The notes beneath the pieces are model-generated. The model saw only the letters and a list, made by a program, of their open reading frames with translations. It did not search any database and was not told where the DNA came from. 64,000 nt of DNA, taken from an uncultured bacterium. GTDB taxonomy: Bacteria > Bacillota_I > Bacilli_A > RFN20 > CAG-826. Positions 9,918-19,890 of this stretch are shown here, in pieces (the first letter of the stretch is position 1; each line of letters starts with the position of its first letter). The stretch is taken from assembly GCA_949285325.1 (NCBI GenBank), contig CASDYZ010000007.1, positions 17,215-81,214 on the forward strand. Direction: 5' to 3'. Both the position numbers and the translations under genes were made by a program.

Positions 9918-10616
9918 TTAAGGTAATTTATATGTTTCATCACATTTATTTGACCACATTATGGCTTTTTTACCACTGCTAACTAAATATTCATTTGCTT
10001 TGATAAAATGACCACATCCAAACCATCCTCCTTGATTTGCGCCTAAAGGAGAAGGATGTGTTGCTTCTAAAATTAAATGATTTGGATTATGTAGAAATTC
10101 TTTTAACTTTCTAGAAGGCCCACCCCAAAGCATAAAAACAATTGGTTGATTTAGATTGTCAAGTAGAGTCAAAACATCTTTAAAAAATAGTTTATACTCT
10201 TTGATATTGTGTGATAGTCGTTGTTGTTTTCTAACTGACAAAACAGCGTTTAATAATAGCACACCTTGTTTTGCTAAATAAGTTAAGTCTCCGTTTGTCA
10301 TATCCATAGGAAGAGATAATTCTTGTTCAATTTCTTTATATATATTGATTAATGATGGGGGAGGAAGAATCCCTTTTGGAACTGAAAAAGATAAACCCAT
10401 AGCTTGATTAGGATTAGGATAAGGATCTTGCCCAATGATAACAACTTTAACATCTTTTAAAGGGGTGAGGCGAAAAGCGTTAAACAATAATTGTCTAGGC
10501 GGATAACAAATATAATTTTTATATTCCTCATCTAAAAAATTATGTAATCTAACAATATAATCTTTTTTCTTCAATGAGGTAAAAAAATCGTTCCAAGTAT
10601 CAAAATCATTATTCAT
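9918..10616 (-). CDS. ung: uracil-DNA glycosylase (family 1)
   Basis: GQDPYPNPNQAMGLSFSV water-activating loop and HPSPLGANQGGWFGCGHF motif; track start is TTG, ATG at 10616 gives MNNDFDTW. Confidence 0.9.
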   Translation of the reverse strand: MNNDFDTWNDFFTSLKKKDYIVRLHNFLDEEYKNYICYPPRQLLFNAFRLTPLKDVKVVIIGQDPYPNPNQAMGLSFSVPKGILPPPSLINIYKEIEQELSLPMDMTNGDLTYLAKQGVLLLNAVLSVRKQQRLSHNIKEYKLFFKDVLTLLDNLNQPIVFMLWGGPSRKLKEFLHNPNHLILEATHPSPLGANQGGWFGCGHFIKANEYLVSSGKKAIMWSNKCDETYKLP

Positions 10617-10696
10617 ATTTACAATTATCAAATATTTTATTGTTAAAATCTATTATTGATATATGTAAAACAATCAAATTATTCAATTCGTTGTGA

Positions 10697-11461
10697 TTAG
10701 TTTTCTATTATTTCTAATATTCCCAAATCTAGAAAAGACACAATAAGCAAAGATATAGTGTCATATACTTTTGTTTTGTTATATTTTATTTCTTCGTGTT
10801 CAAATATTTGTTTGTTAATTGTGCCCATATTGTCTAATTCTTCATAACCAAAATCCTTTTTGATAATCTCATATATTAACTTTGAGAAATTTTTATAATT
10901 TAAAAATATCCCATCTTCTTTTAAATCTTTAATTGAGTATTTATCTTTAGAATATTGTTTAATTTCTTTGCCACATGAAAATTGTCTATTATCGTTTTTA
11001 GACATTAATATAAAAGATTCAATACTTGGATAACTCAAAAGCAATAGACCATTTATTTCTGTTTCATTGTCTAAAGAATTTTTGAATATATCGATAGCTT
11101 TTAAAATTGCACCTGGTCTATTATTATTTCTATCGCGATCAAAAATAAAATATTTAAAACTATTAATAATTAATAAATCGTTATCTTTCATTTTTTTGTA
11201 AATCGCATCGATATAGTCTTGACTTGTAAAAATTTTATTAATTGCACTGTATTTCATTGGGATCAAATAAACTGTAGAATATTTATCGGTCTTACTTGTA
11301 AGTTTTATGATTCTATCTATACGTTTGTCGTAGGAAACTACTTCATAATTTAAAATTGTATGAAACAAATGAGATAGAATTTCTACTTCGGTGACATCTC
11401 CTTCTACAAAATATATGACCTTGCCTATTCTTTTATTTTTGTTTATTTTAATTTCTTTCAT
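10697..11461 (-). CDS. RloB-like / DUF4276-type TOPRIM-family protein, defence-module partner
   Basis: About 255 aa from ATG 11461 (track start is GTG); N-terminal KVIYFVEGDVTEVEIL matches the xxCEGxTE signature of RloB/OLD-type TOPRIM domains; overlaps the upstream ATPase gene by 14 nt. Confidence 0.6.
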   Translation of the reverse strand: MKEIKINKNKRIGKVIYFVEGDVTEVEILSHLFHTILNYEVVSYDKRIDRIIKLTSKTDKYSTVYLIPMKYSAINKIFTSQDYIDAIYKKMKDNDLLIINSFKYFIFDRDRNNNRPGAILKAIDIFKNSLDNETEINGLLLLSYPSIESFILMSKNDNRQFSCGKEIKQYSKDKYSIKDLKEDGIFLNYKNFSKLIYEIIKKDFGYEELDNMGTINKQIFEHEEIKYNKTKVYDTISLLIVSFLDLGILEIIEN

Positions 11462-12587
11462 ATAAAGGGACTCCGCCAAAAGCACCAGCCAAATACATTT
11501 TTTCCATGTTTTGTGATTCCCTCATGCTATTAGATGAAAACTTGTTCAACACACTACCATTATCATCAAAATCAACAGCAAATACTTGATCAGGTCTAAT
11601 AATGCTCGTTTTTAAAATATTAGTAGAGTGTGAGACAAAAAACAGTTGAGATTCGGTGCTGTTTTCATAAAAATATTTGACTAGCAACTCTTCTAAATCA
11701 TTGTGAAATCCAGAAGAAAATTCATCAACGGCGAGTATCCCACCATTTTTAATAACCATTAAATATGATGGCAAAAAATTTAATAAAATTTTATTGCCTA
11801 GTGATTCGAGATAAAAAGGTATCGGAGAAAGGTTTTTTCTTTTAATACGAAGCCTATTGGCGAAGGGAATTAATTCTATATTCCCAACGTCAGTTTTTGT
11901 ATATTCAATTCTAAAAGAGAAATTAAATCTTTCTAAAAAATCATTAATGTCTTTTTCACCATATTTGTCTAAATATGTTTGAAGAAATATTTCTCTATTA
12001 GTCGAAGCATCAAAAGAAACAAAAGGAACAACACTGCGGATAGGATTAAAATAGATAGATTTTTTAAGAAAATCAAATTCTTTTTTTAAGCATGGATAAA
12101 GAACAAAACCAGTATTGAAATAAATAGTCTTTAAAAATAATGTGTTAGGGTCAATAGAGTCATAATCTTCGTTTTCGGTAATATATGATTTTGCGGAACA
12201 ATTAACCCTATTCAATAACATTTTATCGTTTTCATATAACAATTCTTTTGTGATGCCTTTGGTTTTATGAAATTCAATTTCATATGTTAAATAAACATTT
12301 GCGTCTGGTTTAAAAACATAAGTAAAAGACATAGTGTTAGATTTTGTAAATCTAGAAAATAAATCGATTTGAACTGTATAATTTTTAAATAATAAATCCA
12401 ATAATAAAGTTATCGCGTTAAGTGCGTTAGTTTTGCCCGATGCATTCGCACCGTAAAAGGCACAACCCTTTAAAATATTATTAAATATATTTGCGTCCTT
12501 TAAATATTCAATTTTACTCGGCGCTAAATCTATAACTGTTTCTGAAGAAAAAGATTTAAAATTATTAAATTTAATTTTGACTAACAT
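11448..12587 (-). CDS. AAA_21/ABC-like ATPase (RloA/AbiLi-like) of a two-gene abortive-infection-type module
   Basis: Walker A YGANASGKTNAL, Walker B ILAVDEFSSGFH, H-loop-like FFVSHS, C-terminal YLAGAFGGVPLY typical of this family; ATG 12587 is preceded by GGAGG contributed by an upstream in-frame ATG. Confidence 0.7.
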   Translation of the reverse strand: MLVKIKFNNFKSFSSETVIDLAPSKIEYLKDANIFNNILKGCAFYGANASGKTNALNAITLLLDLLFKNYTVQIDLFSRFTKSNTMSFTYVFKPDANVYLTYEIEFHKTKGITKELLYENDKMLLNRVNCSAKSYITENEDYDSIDPNTLFLKTIYFNTGFVLYPCLKKEFDFLKKSIYFNPIRSVVPFVSFDASTNREIFLQTYLDKYGEKDINDFLERFNFSFRIEYTKTDVGNIELIPFANRLRIKRKNLSPIPFYLESLGNKILLNFLPSYLMVIKNGGILAVDEFSSGFHNDLEELLVKYFYENSTESQLFFVSHSTNILKTSIIRPDQVFAVDFDDNGSVLNKFSSNSMRESQNMEKMYLAGAFGGVPLYERN

Positions 12588-12704
12588 ATCAACCTCCATG
12601 TTTATTATAGTAATTTTTTTACATCAAAACAATATAATATGTAATTTTTTTACAGTTGCTCAATTAAATTGTTTTCTTTCGACTAAAATAATTATAATAA
12701 AAGC

Positions 12705-13799
12705 ATGAAAATACTCTTTGTTTTTAACCATCCCGCACCTTATAAGGTTGCGTTATTTAACGAATTAGCAAAACATGACGATATAGATTTGACAGTCTTT
12801 TTTGAAAGGATGAAAAATTCTGACCGCAAAAACGCGTTTTATAATGAAAAAACTTTTCAATTTAAAACTATTTTTCTTAAAAAAGGATATGTCGGTAAAG
12901 AAAATTCATTTTCATTTAAATTAAAAAAATACATAAAAAAACACTATAAAGAATTTGATTTAATCATCATGAATGGCTATTCCACATTTACAGAACTTTT
13001 TGCCATTAGATACATGATTAAACATAATATCCCGTATGTCTTTTATATTAATGGGGGCATCGTAAAAAAAGATAACCCGATAAAATATAAAATTAAAACT
13101 AATGTGATAAAACACGCTTTAAAATGTTTTTCACCATGCATTGAAGCAGATGAATATCTATACCATTACGGTGCAAAAAAAGAAGACATTTTTCACTACC
13201 CTTATTCAACTGTCTATGACAATGAAGTTCTTGCTAAACCTTTAACTAGAGAAGAAAAAGATATCATTAGAGATAAATACGCTCTTCCTAAAAATGTTGT
13301 CATCGCATCAGCGTTTTCTCAATTTATAAAAAGAAAAAATATTCTTGAGATGTTAGAAATATTTAAAGATAGAAAAGAATATTTATTACTGATTGGAGAT
13401 GGACCAGAAAAAGAAGAATATATCGAATATATCAAACAAGAAAAAATGAGAAATATTATCATCGTGTCATTCATGTCCAAAAAAGATTTATTTGAAATAA
13501 TTAAATCAACTGATTTCCATATCACTCTTTCAAATGAGGACATATATGGTCATACGATCAATGAAGCTTTTGCTAACGGCCTTCCTACTATCGCCTCTAA
13601 CAATATTATATCCGCCCAACATTTAATCAAGAACAATATCAATGGTTTTATAGTCAAAGATAAATCTTCAACGATAAAAGCTCTTGACAATATCGATAAA
13701 ATCAATATTAATAATGTGTTGAATACCGCGAGAGAAAACACGATTGAACTATCCGCGAGTATTCATTACGAAAGATTTAAGGGATTATTAAAAAAATGA
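12705..13799 (+). CDS. glycosyltransferase family 4 (GT-B, group 1)
   Basis: 364 aa; C-terminal E-x7-E-like motif (YGHTINEAFANGLPTIASN); ATG 12705. Confidence 0.75.
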   Translation: MKILFVFNHPAPYKVALFNELAKHDDIDLTVFFERMKNSDRKNAFYNEKTFQFKTIFLKKGYVGKENSFSFKLKKYIKKHYKEFDLIIMNGYSTFTELFAIRYMIKHNIPYVFYINGGIVKKDNPIKYKIKTNVIKHALKCFSPCIEADEYLYHYGAKKEDIFHYPYSTVYDNEVLAKPLTREEKDIIRDKYALPKNVVIASAFSQFIKRKNILEMLEIFKDRKEYLLLIGDGPEKEEYIEYIKQEKMRNIIIVSFMSKKDLFEIIKSTDFHITLSNEDIYGHTINEAFANGLPTIASNNIISAQHLIKNNINGFIVKDKSSTIKALDNIDKININNVLNTARENTIELSASIHYERFKGLLKK

Positions 13800-14959
13800 A
13801 AATACTATATTTTACAACCGCGATAGATAAACAAGATTTCCAAAATTTTTTAAAAAGATGGTCTAGTTCACCTAACCCTTCACAACAAAATTTTCACGAT
13901 AAAATGATACGCTCACTAGCAATAAATAACGATGTCAGTGTCATATCGCTTAGACCATTCTCAAAACAACTTTGTTTAGATAATTATCTCCCTTACGAAG
14001 AAAAGACAATTGATAATATTCACTACTACTATTTAAAAGTTAAAAAACATCGTCTCGATAGATATTTTTCATACGCTAAACAAATTAAAAAATTGATGAA
14101 AAGCATCAACACTGATGACGCGCTTATTATTACCGACACCATTAATCCAATGGTCATTACATTCGCTAAAAAATATTCTAATAAATATGATTTGCCTATT
14201 GTTGGTATTTGTACTGATTCCCCTAGCAATATATCAAACACTAAACGTTCATATACTCTATATCTTTTAGATAAAACCAATAATCTAGATGGATATATTT
14301 GCCTCACAAAAGGTTTAAATGATTTATTTAATCCTAAACAAAGACCATCGATCATTATTGAAGGTATTGTAGAAAATAAATTAGTTAAAACTAAACTACC
14401 AGAAAATATTACAAAACCATATTTTCTTTACGCCGGGACACTGCTCCCATATTACGGGATATATAATCTTATCGACGCTTATAAAAAATTAAATAGAAAT
14501 GATGTAAGTTTATATATTTTAGGTCACCATGCGAATGAAAAAGAATTGATGGAAAAGATAAAAGGATACGACATACATTATCTAGGTACCCTGCCAGTAG
14601 AAAAAACTATACAATTTGAATCACACGCGCTTGCAAATATTAATCCAAGACCAACAAATGAGGATTTAGATCGCTTTTCTATCCCTTCAAAAACTATCGA
14701 ATATCTTTTTAGTTCACGCCCAGTGGTGAGCGTGAAAAACACACGCATTCAAAAATATTTTAACGATGAGATTATTTGGTGCAAATCTTCTTCTTGTGAC
14801 GATTTATTATTCGGTTTAAATAGGGTGATGGAATTAAATAGTGAAGAAAGAAAAAAATTAGGTGAAAACGGATATAGAAAAGTTATTGATTTATATTCTT
14901 TAAATTCGGTAAATAAAAAATTAATTCCCTTTCTTAACTCTATTAAAAATAGTTATTAA
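13796..14959 (+). CDS. glycosyltransferase (GT-B fold, GT4-like)
   Basis: 387 aa; ATGA overlap with upstream GT gene; C-terminal SIPSKTIEYLFSSRPVVS resembles the GT4 acceptor/donor loop. Confidence 0.55.
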   Translation: MKILYFTTAIDKQDFQNFLKRWSSSPNPSQQNFHDKMIRSLAINNDVSVISLRPFSKQLCLDNYLPYEEKTIDNIHYYYLKVKKHRLDRYFSYAKQIKKLMKSINTDDALIITDTINPMVITFAKKYSNKYDLPIVGICTDSPSNISNTKRSYTLYLLDKTNNLDGYICLTKGLNDLFNPKQRPSIIIEGIVENKLVKTKLPENITKPYFLYAGTLLPYYGIYNLIDAYKKLNRNDVSLYILGHHANEKELMEKIKGYDIHYLGTLPVEKTIQFESHALANINPRPTNEDLDRFSIPSKTIEYLFSSRPVVSVKNTRIQKYFNDEIIWCKSSSCDDLLFGLNRVMELNSEERKKLGENGYRKVIDLYSLNSVNKKLIPFLNSIKNSY

Positions 14960-16120
14960 TTCATCGCAAATAGCAGCGATTGAGCGGTTTTTTAAATAAT
15001 GAGATTGATTTTTATTTCCCATATTTTTCAATTCTTTTTTATTTAATGTCATCGCATATTTTATTCCTTTAACAATAGAGTCAGTATCTTCATCGACAAA
15101 AATACCTCCTCCCGCTTCTTCTAATTCACTTTTACCATCGCCTTTTAAACACGCGATAATCGGTTTAGAAAAAGTCATATAAAACATTAATTTATTTGGG
15201 ATGGTTTTTCCAACATATCCGTCGCTTTTTAAACCAACGTACAGTATAGACGCTCCTTTCAAATAAGGGGCGGCAGTAGGCGCGTACATTGGACCATAAA
15301 ACTTAACGTTATCTTCCACGTGATATTTTTTAATATTTGCTTGGAGTTCATCGCTTTTTGGACCCATGCCGATGATGTGGAGAAAGACGTTTTTATCATC
15401 TAGTTTTGAAATAACTTCTGGCAGTTTTTCTACCATTTGTATTTGTCCGATATTACCGCAGTAGACGATGTGGAAACCTTCACCAAAATCATGTGTAGAA
15501 ATTTCAGCGTTATCCTCAATTAGAGATGGTTGAGGAACAAAGGCTATTGGTGTGTTTTCTATTTTTAATACATCACGAAAATAGTTTTCAAATGAAGGTG
15601 AACCTACGCATATATGGTCGGCTTTAGAATATAAAGCTTTACTCCATTTATATAATATTTTATATGTTAAAGATTTTTTCCTAACAGCGTGGGTAATTAA
15701 TACAGATTCAGGCCATAGATCGACACAGTGGGCGACATGTGGCACTTTCTTTTTCTTTTTATATAGATTAGCTGGGGAAAGAATTGTGACTGGAGAAAGA
15801 GACATAGAATAAACAATGTCAAAATCTTTATCTAAATTCTTTTTAATCCATCTTTTTGAATTTCTCCAAAACGATAAATAATTTCTTATTATTGAGAATC
15901 TAGATTTACTTCTTGCAACTAATTTGACTCTATATACTTTTACACCATTAATTATTTCAAATTTAGTGTTTTTGTATTCTGGAATAATTTGACCTAGCCC
16001 ATAGTTAGGTAGGCCAGTAAGAACAGAGACATCATGTCCTTTTTTACTCAACGTTTCAGCAATTTTAGAAATGACAAAATTTTCTGGATAATAATACTGA
16101 CAAACAATTAAAATTTTCAT
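14921..16120 (-). CDS. glycosyltransferase family 4 (WcaI-like)
   Basis: MKILIVCQYYYPENFVISKIAETLSKKGHDV N-terminus typical of GT4 WcaI-like enzymes; convergent with and overlapping the previous gene by 39 nt. Confidence 0.75.
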   Translation of the reverse strand: MKILIVCQYYYPENFVISKIAETLSKKGHDVSVLTGLPNYGLGQIIPEYKNTKFEIINGVKVYRVKLVARSKSRFSIIRNYLSFWRNSKRWIKKNLDKDFDIVYSMSLSPVTILSPANLYKKKKKVPHVAHCVDLWPESVLITHAVRKKSLTYKILYKWSKALYSKADHICVGSPSFENYFRDVLKIENTPIAFVPQPSLIEDNAEISTHDFGEGFHIVYCGNIGQIQMVEKLPEVISKLDDKNVFLHIIGMGPKSDELQANIKKYHVEDNVKFYGPMYAPTAAPYLKGASILYVGLKSDGYVGKTIPNKLMFYMTFSKPIIACLKGDGKSELEEAGGGIFVDEDTDSIVKGIKYAMTLNKKELKNMGNKNQSHYLKNRSIAAICDELITIFNRVKKGN

Positions 16121-16205
16121 TCTTTAATTTTATCAATATTTGATTTTCTTTTATATAGTAAAGTTAGATGTATTAAAAATATTAAAAACAATTATAATTG
16201 AATGT

Positions 16206-17726
16206 ATGAAAGACAACATTAGAGTAAATGTCGTTATTAATATTATTAGAACGATTGTCTTAACTTTATTATCATTTGTCACGTTTCCTTGGGTTTGTCG
16301 TTATTTAATGGATGAAGCGATGGGGCTTTACACATGGCTTACCACTTTTACTGGTTATTTTTTAATACTAGCGAGAATAGGTATACCTAACCTAGCGATA
16401 AGAGAATGTGTCAAAGTTAGAGATAATAAAGAATTATTATCAAATAAAGTTCAATCGTTTTTCTTGCTTCAAATGATTGCAACCGCCTTATCATTTATAG
16501 TCATGGTGGGAGTAATATTTTCTGTCCCAAGTCTAAGAGCGAGCAAAGATTTAATATTTATTTTAAGTTTAAATTTCTTGTCGGGTGCTTTTTCATTTGA
16601 ATGGGTATTTATCGCTTTAGAAAAACAATACTATATGTCGGTAAGAAGCATCATCGTTTTAGCGACCACGGCGATTCTAATAATATCTTTTGTCACCACC
16701 CCAAGCGATATTTATATTTATGCATTTTTGACAGTCTTAGGGACAATTTTAACAATTATAATCAATGTCATTTATGTTAGACCTTATATCTCTTTTAAAA
16801 AGACGATGCCTTATTCTTATAAAGAATACATAAGACCTTTATTAATTTTATTTGCTTTGAGTTTTGTCATATCTTTATACAATCAAATAGATACATTGAT
16901 TTTAGGCTTTATAGATGAATCAAAAGCGGAAGTTGCCTCTTACTCAGTAGGGGTTAAAGGGATTGATATTATCATCGGCATCATGAGTGCTTTAAGCACT
17001 GTATTTGTTCCTAGAAGCGCATTTTATTATGAAAAAGAAGATAAGAGATTCTTTAATAATTTGAATCGATATTCAATAAACATTGGGGTATTTATAACCA
17101 TTCCCGCTATCATAACTATGTCAGTGCTCGCAGCCCCTATTTGTTCATTGATTTCTGGTAATTACTATCTTTCTCTTTCAAGTGAATATGGTACATCGTA
17201 TCTAGTTTTAATTATTCTCGCCTCGATGATGGTGACCTATTCGATAAGTGAGATGATTTATGGACAAATTTTATTACCTATGAAAAAAGAAAAATATTAT
17301 TTATTCACCCTTTTAGGTGGGGCAGTTTTAAATATGATTTTATGTGTCATATTTTCTCTTTACGTTTTCCCCACCCACCCATCTATTGGTATTGCAATAT
17401 CAACGATGATAGTCGAAATATTAGTCATATTAACTTTGACAATTATTTCTTGGAAATGGATTAAAAGGGCTGTCTTTAATAAAAACAATTTAAAAATACT
17501 TATTGCTGGGGTATTAATTTTAATCGCCTCAATACTACTTTCTAACCCACTGTTAAACTGGTATCAAGAAATATTTAGTAATTTAGGAATCGGTTATATT
17601 TATATTCTCCAAATACTTTCTATCGTTGTTATCGATGCACTAATTTATATTGGTTCACTATTAATAATGAAAGAAAATCTCATCTTATCATTCTTAGGTA
17701 AAAGAAAAACTCTTCCTATTGAATAA
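16206..17726 (+). CDS. Wzx-like polysaccharide/oligosaccharide flippase (MOP superfamily)
   Basis: About 507 aa from ATG 16206 with roughly 14 predicted TM helices; diverges from the GT4 gene. Confidence 0.6.
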   Translation: MKDNIRVNVVINIIRTIVLTLLSFVTFPWVCRYLMDEAMGLYTWLTTFTGYFLILARIGIPNLAIRECVKVRDNKELLSNKVQSFFLLQMIATALSFIVMVGVIFSVPSLRASKDLIFILSLNFLSGAFSFEWVFIALEKQYYMSVRSIIVLATTAILIISFVTTPSDIYIYAFLTVLGTILTIIINVIYVRPYISFKKTMPYSYKEYIRPLLILFALSFVISLYNQIDTLILGFIDESKAEVASYSVGVKGIDIIIGIMSALSTVFVPRSAFYYEKEDKRFFNNLNRYSINIGVFITIPAIITMSVLAAPICSLISGNYYLSLSSEYGTSYLVLIILASMMVTYSISEMIYGQILLPMKKEKYYLFTLLGGAVLNMILCVIFSLYVFPTHPSIGIAISTMIVEILVILTLTIISWKWIKRAVFNKNNLKILIAGVLILIASILLSNPLLNWYQEIFSNLGIGYIYILQILSIVVIDALIYIGSLLIMKENLILSFLGKRKTLPIE

Positions 17727-17789
17727 TTATTTAAAACATTGGACTTTTACATACTTTTTATAAAATTTCTATTAATTTTAAGTAAAATA

Positions 17790-17838
17790 AAAGAGGTTTA
17801 TTTAGAATAATATTCGTTTCCTTTTAAACCTCTTTTTT
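17790..17838. terminator. bidirectional rho-independent terminator between flippase and LRR genes
   Basis: aaagaggttta ... taaacctcttt stem with A-run upstream and T-run downstream, so it can terminate both convergent transcripts. Confidence 0.5.
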
Positions 17839-17850
17839 AATTAGATTATT

Positions 17851-19890
17851 TTACCATTTTACTGGGTTGTTATTTTCGTCGTAATGCCAGAAGCCAACAA
17901 AATATTCACCCACTTCTTCACTTGGTGAAGATTCACTGTAGGCGTAAAGCTCTACGCTGTCATCATGCCAACCTTCATTAATTCGACGTTGGCTTTCATA
18001 TTCACTTACTGACATTTCAATATAAATTGGCATCTTCTCTTCGCCCTCTTCTCTTACACCATAAATTACATTTTCTTCAAGTGTTTCAATAGTAGAAGGT
18101 ATAATTAAATATTCTAATGAACTAGTATTTGCAAACGCATCTTCATTGATACGATTAAATCTAGAACCGCTTGGTAAAGTGACAGTTTCTAACGAAGTAC
18201 AGTTCATAAACATTCCAACAGGAATGGTTCTAATATTTTGATTGTTAGAGAAGGATACATTCGTTAAAGATACACAACCATTAAATATGTTAGGGTTAAG
18301 TGTTTCTACACTGCTAGGAAGAGTGATACTACTGAGGTTAGAACAATCTCTAAACGCACCTTCTTCGATGGTGGTTAGAGAAGATTCTTCACCATTTTCT
18401 CCACTTAAGAACACTACTTCTGTTAGAGTTTCTAATCCTCTAAACAAATTTTGTCCAATTGTTCTAAGTGTATGAGGTATTTCAACTCTCTCTATAGAAG
18501 TACCAGCAAACACATATCCATTTGTGCTCGTCGACGAATTAGCAGTTGTCGTTACTGAAGTAGGTATGTAGATAGTATTATTATCTACACATCTATCCAA
18601 CAATTCTCCTTCATCGTCAAGAAGAAGAAGAGACTTAAAATTGCTAGAATTATAAAATGCACGAGCGTTAATTCTCACTGGTCCATTATCATACATATAA
18701 ACAGTTTCTAATTCATTACATTCGCTTAAAACATAGTCATCAATCGACTGTACACTCTTTGGGAATGTAAATGATGTCAATGCAGTTTTTGCAAGAGCAG
18801 AATAACCAATAGAAGTAATTTTAGATGCATCAGTAAAAGTCAATGAAGATAGATTGACACATCCGTCAAATACATAACTTGAAATGTTGATCGCGGGATA
18901 AACAATTTCAGTCACTCCTAGGCAATTTTGAAACGCTCCTTCACCAATATAAGTGACGTGAGATAAATCTCTCGAAATATTAGCTGATGTGTTTTTAAAA
19001 CAATAAGCACCATAGGAACTTACTGTATTAGGAACATAAGCATCGACTAAATTAGGGCAGTCCGCAAAAGCATAGTCGCCAATTGTGGTGACATTTTCTG
19101 GGAAAGCAACACCTTCTAAATTAGTACAATTTTGGAAGGATTGAGTAGGGATAGTCTCTAAGTATGAAGGCATCTCGACAAAGACGAGATTTTCATTCCC
19201 ATCAAATAGACCTTCCATCCACTGATTAACATCAGCAATTTGAGAAAAATAATAAACAGGAGAAGAAGCATATTGTGAAGGAATTTGGCTATCTTCATCT
19301 TTTAAAATGATAGAATTAGGCTCAAAATAATCTTCTCCAACATTTAGTAAAATATCATTGACCACGACGACATCATCATTTGGGAAATTTGCTTCAAACG
19401 CGGTGTTGGTGAACGCTGCTGTTCCGATGCTGTCGATATTTTTAGAAAATACGATTGTCTCTAAATTAGTGCAGTTAGCAAATGCACGAGAACCAATAGA
19501 TTTAATATTGTCAGTCATGACAATTTTTTTAATACGAGACGCGCCGACAAAAGCGTTGTCCCCGATAGCGGTAATCTTATGTCCATTGATTTCAGAAGGA
19601 ATTCTAAAAGTTGATGGATAATTAGCACTACCATTAATAGCGACGACAGTCGCTTCTGTATCGCTACCAGTCGCATATGCATATGTTAAATATCCAAGTG
19701 TCGTATAGTCTACTAGCCACTGCGTCGCCGCAAGATAATAGACTACACCAATCAAGATGAGTACAACCCCAAGAATAGGAAGCCCGATAGCGTAGTTTCT
19801 TTGTTTAGGTGTCAATTTTCTTTTCTTTTGTTTATCTTCAGGTTCAGGAAGATAAATATCTTCAGATAAATCGTAAACATTTTTAGCCAT
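17851..19890 (-). CDS. BspA-type leucine-rich-repeat surface protein with N-terminal signal-anchor
   Basis: N-terminal charged region then TM (AIGLPILGVVLILIGVVYYLAA), then about 20 repeats of the IxxIGxxAFxxCxxLxxIxxP type (LRR_5/BspA family); track start 19899 is GTG; ATG 19890 has AGGAGG 9 nt upstream and lies 2 nt after the oppF stop. Confidence 0.7.
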   Translation of the reverse strand: MAKNVYDLSEDIYLPEPEDKQKKRKLTPKQRNYAIGLPILGVVLILIGVVYYLAATQWLVDYTTLGYLTYAYATGSDTEATVVAINGSANYPSTFRIPSEINGHKITAIGDNAFVGASRIKKIVMTDNIKSIGSRAFANCTNLETIVFSKNIDSIGTAAFTNTAFEANFPNDDVVVVNDILLNVGEDYFEPNSIILKDEDSQIPSQYASSPVYYFSQIADVNQWMEGLFDGNENLVFVEMPSYLETIPTQSFQNCTNLEGVAFPENVTTIGDYAFADCPNLVDAYVPNTVSSYGAYCFKNTSANISRDLSHVTYIGEGAFQNCLGVTEIVYPAINISSYVFDGCVNLSSLTFTDASKITSIGYSALAKTALTSFTFPKSVQSIDDYVLSECNELETVYMYDNGPVRINARAFYNSSNFKSLLLLDDEGELLDRCVDNNTIYIPTSVTTTANSSTSTNGYVFAGTSIERVEIPHTLRTIGQNLFRGLETLTEVVFLSGENGEESSLTTIEEGAFRDCSNLSSITLPSSVETLNPNIFNGCVSLTNVSFSNNQNIRTIPVGMFMNCTSLETVTLPSGSRFNRINEDAFANTSSLEYLIIPSTIETLEENVIYGVREEGEEKMPIYIEMSVSEYESQRRINEGWHDDSVELYAYSESSPSEEVGEYFVGFWHYDENNNPVKW

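Noticed and set aside
13319-14355. Minus-strand ORFs 13319-13543, 13550-13741 and 14029-14355 inside the glycosyltransferase genes.
   Set aside because: Antisense to well-supported GT coding frames; no independent signals.
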